In this document: positions 19,606 to 29,170 of the stretch, piece by piece
How positions within the stretch are numbered: position 1 is the stretch's first letter
How the letters are laid out: each line of letters starts with the position of its first letter
Assembly (NCBI GenBank): GCA_037129555.1
Contig: JBAXUS010000007.1
Coordinates: 5,525-69,524 of the forward strand
Origin: Planctomycetota bacterium
GTDB lineage: Bacteria; Planctomycetota; SZUA-567; H5-PLA8
Reading direction: 5' to 3'
Length of the DNA stretch: 64,000 nucleotides
The notes under the pieces: generated by a model
Told to the model about the DNA's origin: nothing
The model's input: the letters and a program-made list of their open reading frames with translations, nothing else
The model's database searches: none
Translations under genes and position numbers: made by a program

Positions 19606-22224
19606 CTATCGTGTTTGGAAGAGGGAATTCAAGACGATTTCGTGCACGAGTGTTCGTATGCCACCACCTTGCTTTTCGGTGCGCTCAACCAGTTCATTCA
19701 ACGCTGCACGATCGCTGAAAAAAACATCGCGGCCTGTCGCGTATACGGTCAACTGCCGCGCGAGATTGAGCAAGAGTTGGTGCTTGTCTGAAGTCAGAAG
19801 CGTCTTGAATTCTGCGATGGTTGCAAACTTCCGCTCGTCTGCCATTTGCCCGCTGGAATCAACGGGTTTACCGAGTTTAAAGCTGATGACGATGCGCGGA
19901 TCGATGCTGCCGCGCGGAGCGGGATCGCCGTCGCCGATGCTGCGATATCGAGTTCGGAACCCACCGATGACGTCGAACGATTCCAGCGCGAAACCCGGCG
20001 GATCGATCTTCGTGTGACATGACGCACACGTCGCGTCGGCGCGGTGTTTGTCGAGTTGCTCGCGGATCGTCGTGGCACCTTGAACATCCGGTTCGACTGC
20101 GGGTACATTCGGTGGTGGCGGTTCTGGCGGCTTGCCGAGCAAACGCGCCATGACGAAGGCTCCGCGCACGACAGGCGACGTGGTTGTTCCGTTCGCGGTG
20201 ACTTTCAATACCGCGGCCTGCGTCAGAAAGCCTCCGCGCGGACAGTCTTTGGGTAACGTCACGCGGCGGATGCCGGGACCACTGACTCCAGAAATTCCAT
20301 AGTGAACCGCGAGCTTTTCGTTGAGCATCGCAAAATCGGATTGAATGAGATAACCAGCATCGAGATTTTTTTCGAGCAGTTCGCGGAAGTACGCGCGGGT
20401 TTCGGAGACCATTGAATCCTGCATGTACGGATTGAATTCTGGATACAGTTTTTTGTCCGGATCGTTCGCAGCAATGGAACGCAGCTTCAACCACTGGCCG
20501 AGAAAATCGTCGATGAATCGCTGCGCCTTTTCGTCTTTGAGTAGCCGCTCAATTTGCTCGTTGAGAACGCTCGGTTCGTGGAGTTTTCCGGATGCGGCGA
20601 GAACGGTCAACGTTTCATCAGGCATTGAACGCCACATGAAATACGAGAGGCGCGACGCGAGTGCGAAATCGTCAAGCTTTCCTGCCGGTTCGATGTGGTA
20701 CAAGAAATCTGGCGAGCATAACGCGGCGCGATACGTCCATCGCATCGCGGTCTCAAAACAGTCGCCGGCTTTCAACCGCGTTTCGACGTTCGCCACGTAT
20801 TGTTTTCGGACGCTTTCACCCACCGGTCGGCGAAATGCTTTCGGAAGAAAATCAGCGAGCAGTTTGGCCGCGTCAGTAAGCGCGTCTTTCGGCTCGACGG
20901 TCCATATACCTTTCTCAGGTTCCGGCTTGTTCTTTCCGCCGATGATTTCCTGCTTGAGCACATGCCGAATTGGCGGGCGAACATTTTTGTGACTGGCGGG
21001 AACGAATTCAGTGATCGGTAAATCACCGAATAATTGTTTGTGCGCAATCGGCGGCCACGTTTCGTTGAACGGTCCTTCGACATCCACCCAATCGCTCGCG
21101 ACACAGGGACCTGTGAAGCCCATGGTGCGATCTTTCTGGCCCCACGTTCCGACGCGGTACAGGACGACCGGAGCCAACGAGGCCGCGTTGAATCCGAACG
21201 ATTCTTTGAAGTTCAGCCAGATGTTCATCTCGTGGATTTTGGATTCCAATGACGGCGCGTCGTAATATCCGAGCACGTAGCTTGGGTGCTGTCCGCCGCG
21301 TCCGTTTTCGTTAAATTGAACCACTGTGAGACGCGCCGCTTCAACTCCGCGCGAAGGCAGAATCAGTCCCTTGTCCCATTGAAAACTGAAGAAGGAGGCG
21401 CGGATTCGGTAGCGACCGGGATACAGCGTTGTGAAGTGCCGGAAGTACGCGTTCCACGATTCGTCTTCGTGACGGAAGACGCCGACGCTGCTCATTCGGC
21501 TGAACATTCCGGCCTGTTCGTGCGGACCATGTCCGATGTGGGCGTAAGCTCCGGCGGGCGGACAAAGCGGATCGATTTTCTTGTCGCGCAGCAACATTGC
21601 GTCGCCTTGCATGAGCATCAAATCAGTCTCGTAATTGTCTGCTAGCGACAGGCGCATCAGCGTCTTGGGCGGGGCGGTGGGGTGGGTGGCGATGGCCATG
21701 TTCAACGTGCTATCCGCGGCTTCGATATAGCGCGCCATGTTGACGTGTGAAATGTCGAGCGCGTCGCTATTGGTATCGAATCCGAGGGCGGTACCATCGG
21801 AGGGAAGCCCCGCTTGTAACGCGATGCCCGGCATGTCGAACAAATCCCGCATTGTACTTTCGTATTCCAAACGCGTGAGCCGCCGCAGACCCGTCCGACT
21901 TTCAGTGGCGAAACGAGAGCGTTCGGCATCGACGAGAGCCGTATTCAATTGCGCTAGAAATGCGCTCTTGTCTGCTTCAGGCGGCTGCTTCTTATTCTTG
22001 GGTGGCATCTCTCCGGACGCGACGCGGTCATGGACTTTCACCCAGCGCGCAAACGTCTCGGGATCAGCGAAATCACGTTTCAGCGCGGTGAGATCGAGGT
22101 TGCCTTTTTTCGCATCCGCGTCGTGGCACTTATAACAGCCTGCGTCCAAAAACGTGTTCAAATCCGCAGCGTGTGTTGTTGCGCACACGAACATCAAACA
22201 GGCAACTAAAACGATCCGCATCAT
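19606..22224 (-). CDS. DUF1587/DUF1592/DUF1595/DUF1588/DUF1585 multi-domain cytochrome-c-like protein
   Basis: N-terminal CYKCHD heme-type motif, C-terminal ATCASCHTKIDPPGFALESFD. Typical partner of DUF1552. Confidence 0.8.
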   Translation of the reverse strand: MMRIVLVACLMFVCATTHAADLNTFLDAGCYKCHDADAKKGNLDLTALKRDFADPETFARWVKVHDRVASGEMPPKNKKQPPEADKSAFLAQLNTALVDAERSRFATESRTGLRRLTRLEYESTMRDLFDMPGIALQAGLPSDGTALGFDTNSDALDISHVNMARYIEAADSTLNMAIATHPTAPPKTLMRLSLADNYETDLMLMQGDAMLLRDKKIDPLCPPAGAYAHIGHGPHEQAGMFSRMSSVGVFRHEDESWNAYFRHFTTLYPGRYRIRASFFSFQWDKGLILPSRGVEAARLTVVQFNENGRGGQHPSYVLGYYDAPSLESKIHEMNIWLNFKESFGFNAASLAPVVLYRVGTWGQKDRTMGFTGPCVASDWVDVEGPFNETWPPIAHKQLFGDLPITEFVPASHKNVRPPIRHVLKQEIIGGKNKPEPEKGIWTVEPKDALTDAAKLLADFLPKAFRRPVGESVRKQYVANVETRLKAGDCFETAMRWTYRAALCSPDFLYHIEPAGKLDDFALASRLSYFMWRSMPDETLTVLAASGKLHEPSVLNEQIERLLKDEKAQRFIDDFLGQWLKLRSIAANDPDKKLYPEFNPYMQDSMVSETRAYFRELLEKNLDAGYLIQSDFAMLNEKLAVHYGISGVSGPGIRRVTLPKDCPRGGFLTQAAVLKVTANGTTTSPVVRGAFVMARLLGKPPEPPPPNVPAVEPDVQGATTIREQLDKHRADATCASCHTKIDPPGFALESFDVIGGFRTRYRSIGDGDPAPRGSIDPRIVISFKLGKPVDSSGQMADERKFATIAEFKTLLTSDKHQLLLNLARQLTVYATGRDVFFSDRAALNELVERTEKQGGGIRTLVHEIVLNSLFQTR

Positions 22225-23534
22225 CGAGCCAGCTCCAATCCGGTCATCGTGCCTTTGGAGGTCGAGAACGATCCCGCTTCGATGCCCAATCGTTGCAACA
22301 TCGAGACGTACAGATTGCTCAGCGGATAATTGTTCTTCGTGTCGAACGCGAGATGCTGGCCGTGTTTAAAACCGCCGCCCGCGAGCAGCACCGGCAGGTT
22401 TACGTTCGAGTGAGAATTCGCGCTGCCCATCGGTGTGCCGTAGAGCACTTGCGTTCGATCAAGGAGTGATTCGCCGTCTTCTTTTGTTGTGTCGAGCGCG
22501 GTCAGGAACGCGTTCAGCGCGTCGAATTGCGCCTCCTCTTTTGCGCGCAATTCAGCGACCGCTTCGGGCCGGTTGCCGTGATGCGTGATGTTATGGATCA
22601 CGGTCGTATCAACAAACAACGTGATCAGGCGCGTCGAATCGGTCTCAATCGCAAGCTTCATCACGTCAAACATCAGTCGCGTTTTGGCGACAAATTCTTT
22701 TGAATCTTCGATGTCGTTTGGAGCTTGGACTTTCACGACCGGCTTCGGTTTGTACTCCCATTCTTCGGATGTGTGCAATCGCTTTTCAAGTTCGCGGACA
22801 GACGTGTAATACTCGTCGAGCCGGTGCTGGTCGTTCTTCGAAAGTACGTTGTTCAAGCGCTTGGATTGATCGCCCACGAAATCGAGCATGCTGCGGCCTT
22901 GGCGCAACGCTTCAACGTTCGCTTCAATTTCGCTGGCCTTGCCTTGAACGAATAATTTCTGGAACAACTTGCGCGGACTTCGTTCAGCGGGAATCGGGGC
23001 ACCGCTGCGAGTGAAACTCAAGGTGCTGCCTTCGGTCGTCATCGCCAGTGACAGCGACGGGTAACGCGTCGCCACACCGATTTGTTCGGCGGCTAATTGA
23101 TCGAGCGAAACGGTATTGCGGAAGCCGCCGCGGTCGGGATGCGGAGTGCCGGTCAGAAAACATTTCTCGGCTGTGTGTCCACCCGTAACGCCAGGCAAAC
23201 TGACGCCCGAGAAGACCGTCATATTGTTGCGGTGCTTGGCGAGCCGTTCAAGGTATGGCGTCAAAACGTAGTCGCGTCCGGCTTTTTCCGGAAAGAAAAA
23301 CTGCGGCATGATGCCCATGTTGGTTTCAATGGCGACCATGCGGCGCGGAATTTTTGTTTCCGCTGCACGAGCCGTTGACATGCTGAAAACGGGGTGCATG
23401 GCCTCCAGCAATGGAAGCCCCAGAGCAACGCCTGCTCCGCGTAGAAATGTGCGGCGGGATAGACCGGTTGAGGTCCGCGAAAAATCGTTGGCTGGCATGG
23501 CTGTACCTCGATGGGCGTGACTGCATGGGATCAA
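22221..23534 (-). CDS. DUF1552 domain protein (Tat signal)
   Basis: SRRTFLRGAGVALGLPLLEAM N-terminus. ATGA stop/start overlap with the downstream DUF1592 gene. Confidence 0.8.
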   Translation of the reverse strand: MIPCSHAHRGTAMPANDFSRTSTGLSRRTFLRGAGVALGLPLLEAMHPVFSMSTARAAETKIPRRMVAIETNMGIMPQFFFPEKAGRDYVLTPYLERLAKHRNNMTVFSGVSLPGVTGGHTAEKCFLTGTPHPDRGGFRNTVSLDQLAAEQIGVATRYPSLSLAMTTEGSTLSFTRSGAPIPAERSPRKLFQKLFVQGKASEIEANVEALRQGRSMLDFVGDQSKRLNNVLSKNDQHRLDEYYTSVRELEKRLHTSEEWEYKPKPVVKVQAPNDIEDSKEFVAKTRLMFDVMKLAIETDSTRLITLFVDTTVIHNITHHGNRPEAVAELRAKEEAQFDALNAFLTALDTTKEDGESLLDRTQVLYGTPMGSANSHSNVNLPVLLAGGGFKHGQHLAFDTKNNYPLSNLYVSMLQRLGIEAGSFSTSKGTMTGLELAR

Positions 23535-23660
23535 ATGGAGTTGCGCTTTAAGATACCCCGGAGCGAGTGGAACTGCTCAGAAATCCTTAAGCGAAATCGG
23601 TCCATTTTTCATAGCAGTCAGACGCGCGTGGTTCAAGCCGTCACCCTTGAAACGTACGCC

Positions 23661-24287
23661 TTAGTGAGAAGCCGAAACCAAATACTGTTCTGCTTGATTC
23701 TTCCAGTCGGTAAGTACTTTGGTCGAACAATCAGGACAAATACCGTGGGTGATTTTGACGCCGGATTTTTTCACGTACGATTCCAAATCATTCCAATAGT
23801 TGTCGTCACTTCGAATCTTTCGACACCACGCACACATCGGAAGCAATTCATGCAACCGGCGTTCACGAGCTGCGGCTTCTTCCAGTTCTTTGACGCGGCG
23901 CACGAGTTCCTGATGGAGTTCAACGGTCCGGACTCCGACCTGCACACGCGCAAGCAGCTCGTCCCGGCGGAAGGGTTTGGTAATGTAATCGTTCGCTCCT
24001 TTTTCAAGGGCTTCGACAATGCGAGTACTTTCAATTTGAGCAGTGAGCAGGATGACATAGACAGGAATGGAAGCGGGAATATTGCGAATCTGCTGACAGA
24101 CTTCCAAGCCGGTCAACCCGGGCATATTCCAATCCAGAATCGCAAAATGGGGCGCGTCCGGCTGCAAGAAATATCGTAACGCGGCCTCGCCGTCAGAAAC
24201 CGCAATGATGTCATGCCCACGAGACCTGAGCGTTCGTTCAAGTAAAGTGCGTGAGGGATCGTCATCCTCCGCAATCAAGATGGTCAT
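23661..24287 (-). CDS. Orphan response regulator: REC + coiled coil + C-terminal 4-Cys module
   Basis: REC residues are present (EDDD, ILDWNMPG, LLTAQ, ITKPF). The tail is LLPMCAWCRKIRSDDNYWNDLESYVKKSGVKITHGICPDC. ATG 24287 follows GGAGAGGG. Confidence 0.85.
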   Translation of the reverse strand: MTILIAEDDDPSRTLLERTLRSRGHDIIAVSDGEAALRYFLQPDAPHFAILDWNMPGLTGLEVCQQIRNIPASIPVYVILLTAQIESTRIVEALEKGANDYITKPFRRDELLARVQVGVRTVELHQELVRRVKELEEAAARERRLHELLPMCAWCRKIRSDDNYWNDLESYVKKSGVKITHGICPDCSTKVLTDWKNQAEQYLVSASH

Positions 24288-24603
24288 GGACGCCCTCTCC
24301 CTCATTTAATAGATGGTGTGTACGTTACAGTATAGCTTTTGATGATAGCAATTCGTATTCCACTCATTACGGACGAAACGTCCGATTCGGTGCGGACTGA
24401 TAAAAAGTAACACGAAGTTTAGGGGTGGTGATTCGATGTTGTGTTTCGATAGGGTTCCGATAACAGAAACTCGCTAATATTTCCCACGACCTTCAACTCA
24501 ACTTGGGGTATTATATGCTCAATAAAAGGGCATGAGTGACGGGTTGAATACCCATCCTTTTTTATGAAAATGGTGATTCCATCCAAATCGAGGAATATCA
24601 ACT

Positions 24604-25635
24604 ATGAAGGCGCTGGTTCTCACGCAATATAATCACCTTGAACTCCAAGACTGGCCCAAGCCTGAAATCGCCGCCGACGAAGTGCTCATTCGCATCGCAG
24701 CGTGCGGAATTTGCGGTAGTGACATTCATGGTATGGACGGCAGCACCGGACGCCGCCAGCCGCCGCTGATCATGGGTCACGAAGCCGCCGGGACGATCAG
24801 CGAAGTCGGCGCGGATGTTCAAGGCTGGGTCGTTGGCGACCGCGTGACGTTTGACTCGACAGTCTATTGCGGCGAGTGCTGGTTCTGTCGGCGCGGGGAT
24901 GTCAACCTCTGCGACAAACGCCGAGTGCTCGGTGTCTCAACCGGCGAATATCGCCGCCATGGTGCCTTCGCTGAATTCGTCAACGTTCCCCAGCGCATCC
25001 TGGTGAAACTACCTGAAGCCGTGACGTTCTCCCAAGCCGCGATGGTTGAGCCGGTTTCGATTGCGCTCCACGCGGTCCGTCGCACGCCGCTTGAACTCAA
25101 CGACACGGTGGTTGTCGTCGGTGCCGGGATGATCGGCTTGTTTGTCATCCAAGCTTTGCGAGCCGCTGGTTGCGGAAAAATATTCGCCGTCGATCTCGAT
25201 CAATCACGCCTTGACGTGGCCGTGAAACTGGGTGCTGATGAAGGATTCCTGAGCAACAAAGTCGATGTCCCTGCGGAAATTCAACGCCGCACAAATGGTC
25301 GCGGCGCGGACGCTGCGTTCGAAGTTGTCGGCATCACGCCGACGTTGCAAACCGCAATTGCCGTGCTCCGTAAAGGGGGGCAATTGACGCTGGTCGGCAA
25401 CCTCTCTCCCAAGACTGAACTGCCGCTGCAATTGGTGGTCACGCGCGAATTGACGCTGCACGGGTCCTGCGCCTCAAACGGCGAATACCCTGCGTGTCTC
25501 GACATGATCGCGCGCGGCGTCATCAAAGTCGAACCGATGATCACCGCCGAAGCCCCACTCAGCGACGGCGATGCGTGGTTCCACCGCTTGAAAATCGGCG
25601 GCGATAACTTACTCAAAGTTCTTCTTAAACCCTAA
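24604..25635 (+). CDS. Zn-dependent medium-chain dehydrogenase (sorbitol/threonine-dehydrogenase-like)
   Basis: CGICGSDIH, GHEAAGTISEVG, CGECWFCRRG, VVVVGAGMIG. Confidence 0.88.
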   Translation: MKALVLTQYNHLELQDWPKPEIAADEVLIRIAACGICGSDIHGMDGSTGRRQPPLIMGHEAAGTISEVGADVQGWVVGDRVTFDSTVYCGECWFCRRGDVNLCDKRRVLGVSTGEYRRHGAFAEFVNVPQRILVKLPEAVTFSQAAMVEPVSIALHAVRRTPLELNDTVVVVGAGMIGLFVIQALRAAGCGKIFAVDLDQSRLDVAVKLGADEGFLSNKVDVPAEIQRRTNGRGADAAFEVVGITPTLQTAIAVLRKGGQLTLVGNLSPKTELPLQLVVTRELTLHGSCASNGEYPACLDMIARGVIKVEPMITAEAPLSDGDAWFHRLKIGGDNLLKVLLKP

Positions 25636-25665
25636 CCCAAGAGCCGCGCACGCCTGTAAGCGGCC

Positions 25666-26433
25666 ATGTTCGATCAAAATCAATATCAAAGGAAACGCAT
25701 CGTGAAACTGCAAGGCAAAGGCGTGTTGGTGACAGGCGGCGGCAGCGGCATTGGTTTGGGTGTCGCACTCGCGCTCGCCAAAGAAGGTTGCCGCGTCCTC
25801 ATCACCGGTCGCGACGAAGCGAAACTGAAAAAAGCTGCGTCCGAACACACAGGCGAAAACTCGATCTTGACGCGCTCGTGTAACGTGGCCTCGCGCGACG
25901 ATGTGAACGCGACCGTCGCGTGGGCGATTCAAGCCGTTGGCCAGTTGGACATCGTCGTCCACAGTGCCGGCGTCAATGTTCTCAAACGCAAAATGTGCGA
26001 CCTCGCTCCGAGCGATTTTGATGACGTGCTCGCGACGAACTGCACCGGCTTCTTCAATATTCTCCACGCGACACTGCCGGGCATGCGCGAACGCAAAGAC
26101 GGACTGGTCATCAGCATCTCGTCCATCGCCGGAAAGCGCGCGCTGCCGTTGGGCGGGCCGGCTTACGTGGCATCAAAATTTGCGGCGACTGGGCTTGCGA
26201 CGTGCGTGGGACTTGAAGAGCGAGCGAACGGAATTCGCATCACCAGCATTTATCCCGGCGAAGTTGAAACACCGCTTCTTGAAAAACGCGCCGTCCCGGT
26301 GCCGATGGAAAAACGAAAGCAGATGGTCCACCCCGAAGACATCGGGCACTGCGTCGTCGCGCTGGCTCAATTGCCCGCGAATGTGATCGTGCCTGAATTG
26401 ATCATCACGCCGCTCTATCAAGAGTACATGTAA
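25666..26433 (+). CDS. SDR-family oxidoreductase
   Basis: TGGGSGIG, SSIAG, YVASK. Confidence 0.88.
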   Translation: MFDQNQYQRKRIVKLQGKGVLVTGGGSGIGLGVALALAKEGCRVLITGRDEAKLKKAASEHTGENSILTRSCNVASRDDVNATVAWAIQAVGQLDIVVHSAGVNVLKRKMCDLAPSDFDDVLATNCTGFFNILHATLPGMRERKDGLVISISSIAGKRALPLGGPAYVASKFAATGLATCVGLEERANGIRITSIYPGEVETPLLEKRAVPVPMEKRKQMVHPEDIGHCVVALAQLPANVIVPELIITPLYQEYM

Positions 26434-27242
26434 TGGACTTGGGATTCACTGATCACACCGCGCTGATCGTCGGCGGAGCCAGCGGAATTGGTCTCGCCGC
26501 CGCACGCGCATTTGCCTCTGAGGGTGCGCATGTCGTGCTTTGGGATCGCAGCGAAAATGTGAGTGACATCGCTGCGAAAATAGCTGATGAATTCTCGATT
26601 CGAGCGGCAGGTTTTTTAGTCGATGTCGCAGACGACACCTCCGTACTCTCTGCGTTGACTCGGACACTTCAAACTGTTGGCCGCATTGAACACGTCGTCC
26701 ACGCCGCAGCAACGGGGTCAGGAAAATTCGGATTTCCGTTCACGAATCTCTCGCCCAGCGATTGGCCGCGCGTGCTCAGCATCAACATCATGGGCATGAC
26801 TCACGTTGCCCATGCGCTCGCGCCGCATCTCATCGAGCACGGTGGCGGGACGATGGTTTTCATTGCATCCATCGCTGGCCAAATGGGCTCGCCAACCGAT
26901 CCGCCATATAGTGCGTCGAAAGCGGCTAACATCAATTTCGCTCAATGCATGGCCAAAGATTTGGCGTCTAAAAATATCCGCGTCAATACGATTTGCCCCG
27001 GGATGGTGCAGACGCCGTTGAATCGAGCGGTTTGGCAATCGTGGTTCAATCAAGCGCCCGACGACCAGCGCTTGAGTTACGACGAGTGGGCGGATCGCAA
27101 AATCAAAGCGCTCGTTCCAATCGGCAAATGGCAGACGTCGGAAGCGGTCGCGGACATGATTGTGTTCGTATCGTCCGCGCGCGCCGAACACGTGACCGGT
27201 CAGACAATCAACGTCGATGGCGGCGCTGTGATGCACTCGTAA
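26433..27242 (+). CDS. SDR-family oxidoreductase
   Basis: GGASGIG, ASIAG, YSASK. TAATG overlap with the previous gene. Confidence 0.88.
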   Translation: MDLGFTDHTALIVGGASGIGLAAARAFASEGAHVVLWDRSENVSDIAAKIADEFSIRAAGFLVDVADDTSVLSALTRTLQTVGRIEHVVHAAATGSGKFGFPFTNLSPSDWPRVLSINIMGMTHVAHALAPHLIEHGGGTMVFIASIAGQMGSPTDPPYSASKAANINFAQCMAKDLASKNIRVNTICPGMVQTPLNRAVWQSWFNQAPDDQRLSYDEWADRKIKALVPIGKWQTSEAVADMIVFVSSARAEHVTGQTINVDGGAVMHS

Positions 27243-27265
27243 ATCGTTTGTGATTCAGGCGGGTG

Positions 27266-29017
27266 CTAATTTGATCCGTAATCGCCGCCCGAGCGTGATT
27301 CTTTGGGCAGGCTGTCGCGCAGGAAATTCGTGATCGCATCCGTCTCGGTCATGCGCATGACGCCCGCGCTGATGGACTTGCATTCTTCAAACGACAAGCC
27401 TCGTACAATCTTTTTGATGCCGGGAATCGATGGCGGGGAGATCGAAATCTCCGTCATTCCAAAGCCGACGAGCGCCGCTGTGAAGATCGGATCACCCGCC
27501 ATTTCTCCGCACATGCTCACCGGAATGTTTGCTGCGATTGCAGCTTCGACCGTCATCTTGATCAATTGCAACACCGCCGGATTTGCACCATTATAGAGGT
27601 TCGCGACCAGTTCGTTGCCGCGATCCACTGCGAGCGTGTATTGCGTCAAATCATTCGTGCCAATCGAGAAGAAGTCGCACTCTTTCGCCAAGACGTGAGC
27701 CTGCAACGCAGCGGACGGCACTTCGACCATGATCCCGATTTCGATTTTCTCGTCGTAAACCTGGCCTTCGTGTTTGAGGTCGTGCATCGTTTCTTTGACG
27801 ATGCGGCGCACCCAGCGCAGTTCTTCGACCTGCGTGATCATCGGCACCATCATCTTGACTTTGCCGAGCGCCGACGCGCGCAAAATCGCGCGAACTTGAA
27901 CGCGGAACGTCTCCGGGAATTTCATCGACACGCGGATGCTGCGCAATCCCAGGTACGGGTTCTGCTCGTGCGTCGTGTGAGTCGGAAGAATTTTGTCCGC
28001 GCCCAAATCCTGAGTTCGGACGACGAGCGGTCGGCCATTGAGTTTCAGCAGACACTTTTGATAGGCTTGGAAATGCGTTTGCTCGTTCGGTTCGATGCCG
28101 CTGGTCAGATACAAGAACTCCGTGCGGAACAAACCGATGCCGCCAGCGCCGTGCTCGAGCGCGCCTTGGATTTCGTCCGGGAATTCGATGTTGGCCATGA
28201 CGCGAATTTCGCGCCCGTCGGACGTGACAGCGGGCAGATCCTTTTCCAGGATCAGCGCCTGCTCGTGCGATTTGATTTCTTCCTGCCGCTTGCGGTAACG
28301 AGCCAACGTCCGCTCGTCCGGACGGATGATGACGATGCCGCGGTTGCCGTCGATGATGATCGTTTCGCCGCCGGAAATATCGGTCGAAACCGTCTCGAGT
28401 CCAACGACGGCGGGCATCTCAAATGCGCGCGCCAAAATGGCTGTGTGGCTGGTCTTTCCGCCAATGTCAATCGCGAACGCTTTCACGACATTGCGGTCAA
28501 ACGAAGCTGTCTGAGACGGTCCCAAATCGCGCGCAATCACTGCGACAGGATTCGTCAAGGAACTCAAATCTTCTTTGCGTCCGCCGAGCAGCACCTTTAA
28601 TAGGCGCTTCTGTAAATCATGCAAATCGGACCCGCGCTGAATAAACATCTCGCCGCCGTAACCGGCCAGGCGCTTTGCGATGGCTTTCAACGTCGTCGAG
28701 ACTGCGTGCTCTGCGGAATATTTTTCGTTCTTGATTTTGTCGATGATCTGCTTGCGCAAGGAATCATCTTTTAACAACTGCGTCTGGACACTGAGAATGG
28801 CTCCGAGACTCGACCCGAGTTGATCTTCAGTCTGCTGTCGGATCGCTTCGATTTCAAGATCGACGGTGCGCGCGGCATCTTCGAATCGTGTGATTTCGGC
28901 GGGCACCTTATCGTCGGCAATGGCGATTTCAGGAATGCGAACTTCCTCGCTTTCCATGAGGAACGCTTCGCCAATGTAGACGCCGGGGGAGACAGGGATG
29001 CCCTTCAGTATTTCCAT
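27266..29017 (-). CDS. ptsI: Phosphoenolpyruvate-protein phosphotransferase (PTS enzyme I)
   Basis: Phospho-His loop GGKTSHTAILARAFEMPAVVG. PEP-utilising TIM barrel with SIGTNDLTQY and MCGEMAGDP. Confidence 0.9.
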   Translation of the reverse strand: MEILKGIPVSPGVYIGEAFLMESEEVRIPEIAIADDKVPAEITRFEDAARTVDLEIEAIRQQTEDQLGSSLGAILSVQTQLLKDDSLRKQIIDKIKNEKYSAEHAVSTTLKAIAKRLAGYGGEMFIQRGSDLHDLQKRLLKVLLGGRKEDLSSLTNPVAVIARDLGPSQTASFDRNVVKAFAIDIGGKTSHTAILARAFEMPAVVGLETVSTDISGGETIIIDGNRGIVIIRPDERTLARYRKRQEEIKSHEQALILEKDLPAVTSDGREIRVMANIEFPDEIQGALEHGAGGIGLFRTEFLYLTSGIEPNEQTHFQAYQKCLLKLNGRPLVVRTQDLGADKILPTHTTHEQNPYLGLRSIRVSMKFPETFRVQVRAILRASALGKVKMMVPMITQVEELRWVRRIVKETMHDLKHEGQVYDEKIEIGIMVEVPSAALQAHVLAKECDFFSIGTNDLTQYTLAVDRGNELVANLYNGANPAVLQLIKMTVEAAIAANIPVSMCGEMAGDPIFTAALVGFGMTEISISPPSIPGIKKIVRGLSFEECKSISAGVMRMTETDAITNFLRDSLPKESRSGGDYGSN

Positions 29018-29170
29018 TTTATTCCGTGAACGAGCAGTTGGTGTGCCAAATAGAGCACGTCAGCCGAAAAGAACGAGGGAAAGTAATGGTAAATTGAAAA
29101 AAGTCAAGCACAATACTGCTCGAAATTAAACAATACCAAAACAACCGCTAAATCTCTCTCTCAACCGATT

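Noticed and set aside
24564-24632. A 22-codon uORF (MKMVIPSKSRNINYEGAGSHAI) overlapping the dehydrogenase start.
   Set aside because: It has no RBS or conservation evidence and could arise by chance in an AT-rich leader.
27566-28600. A 344-aa ORF antisense to ptsI. Similar cases are 15218-16099, 41014-41835, 47445-48302, 48991-49839, 50446-51237, 61445-62317 and 62481-63305.
   Set aside because: Each lies opposite a gene with clear family motifs. The translations are low-complexity (R/H/D/F-rich). The abundance of such shadows is a compositional property of this genome, not evidence of overlapping genes.
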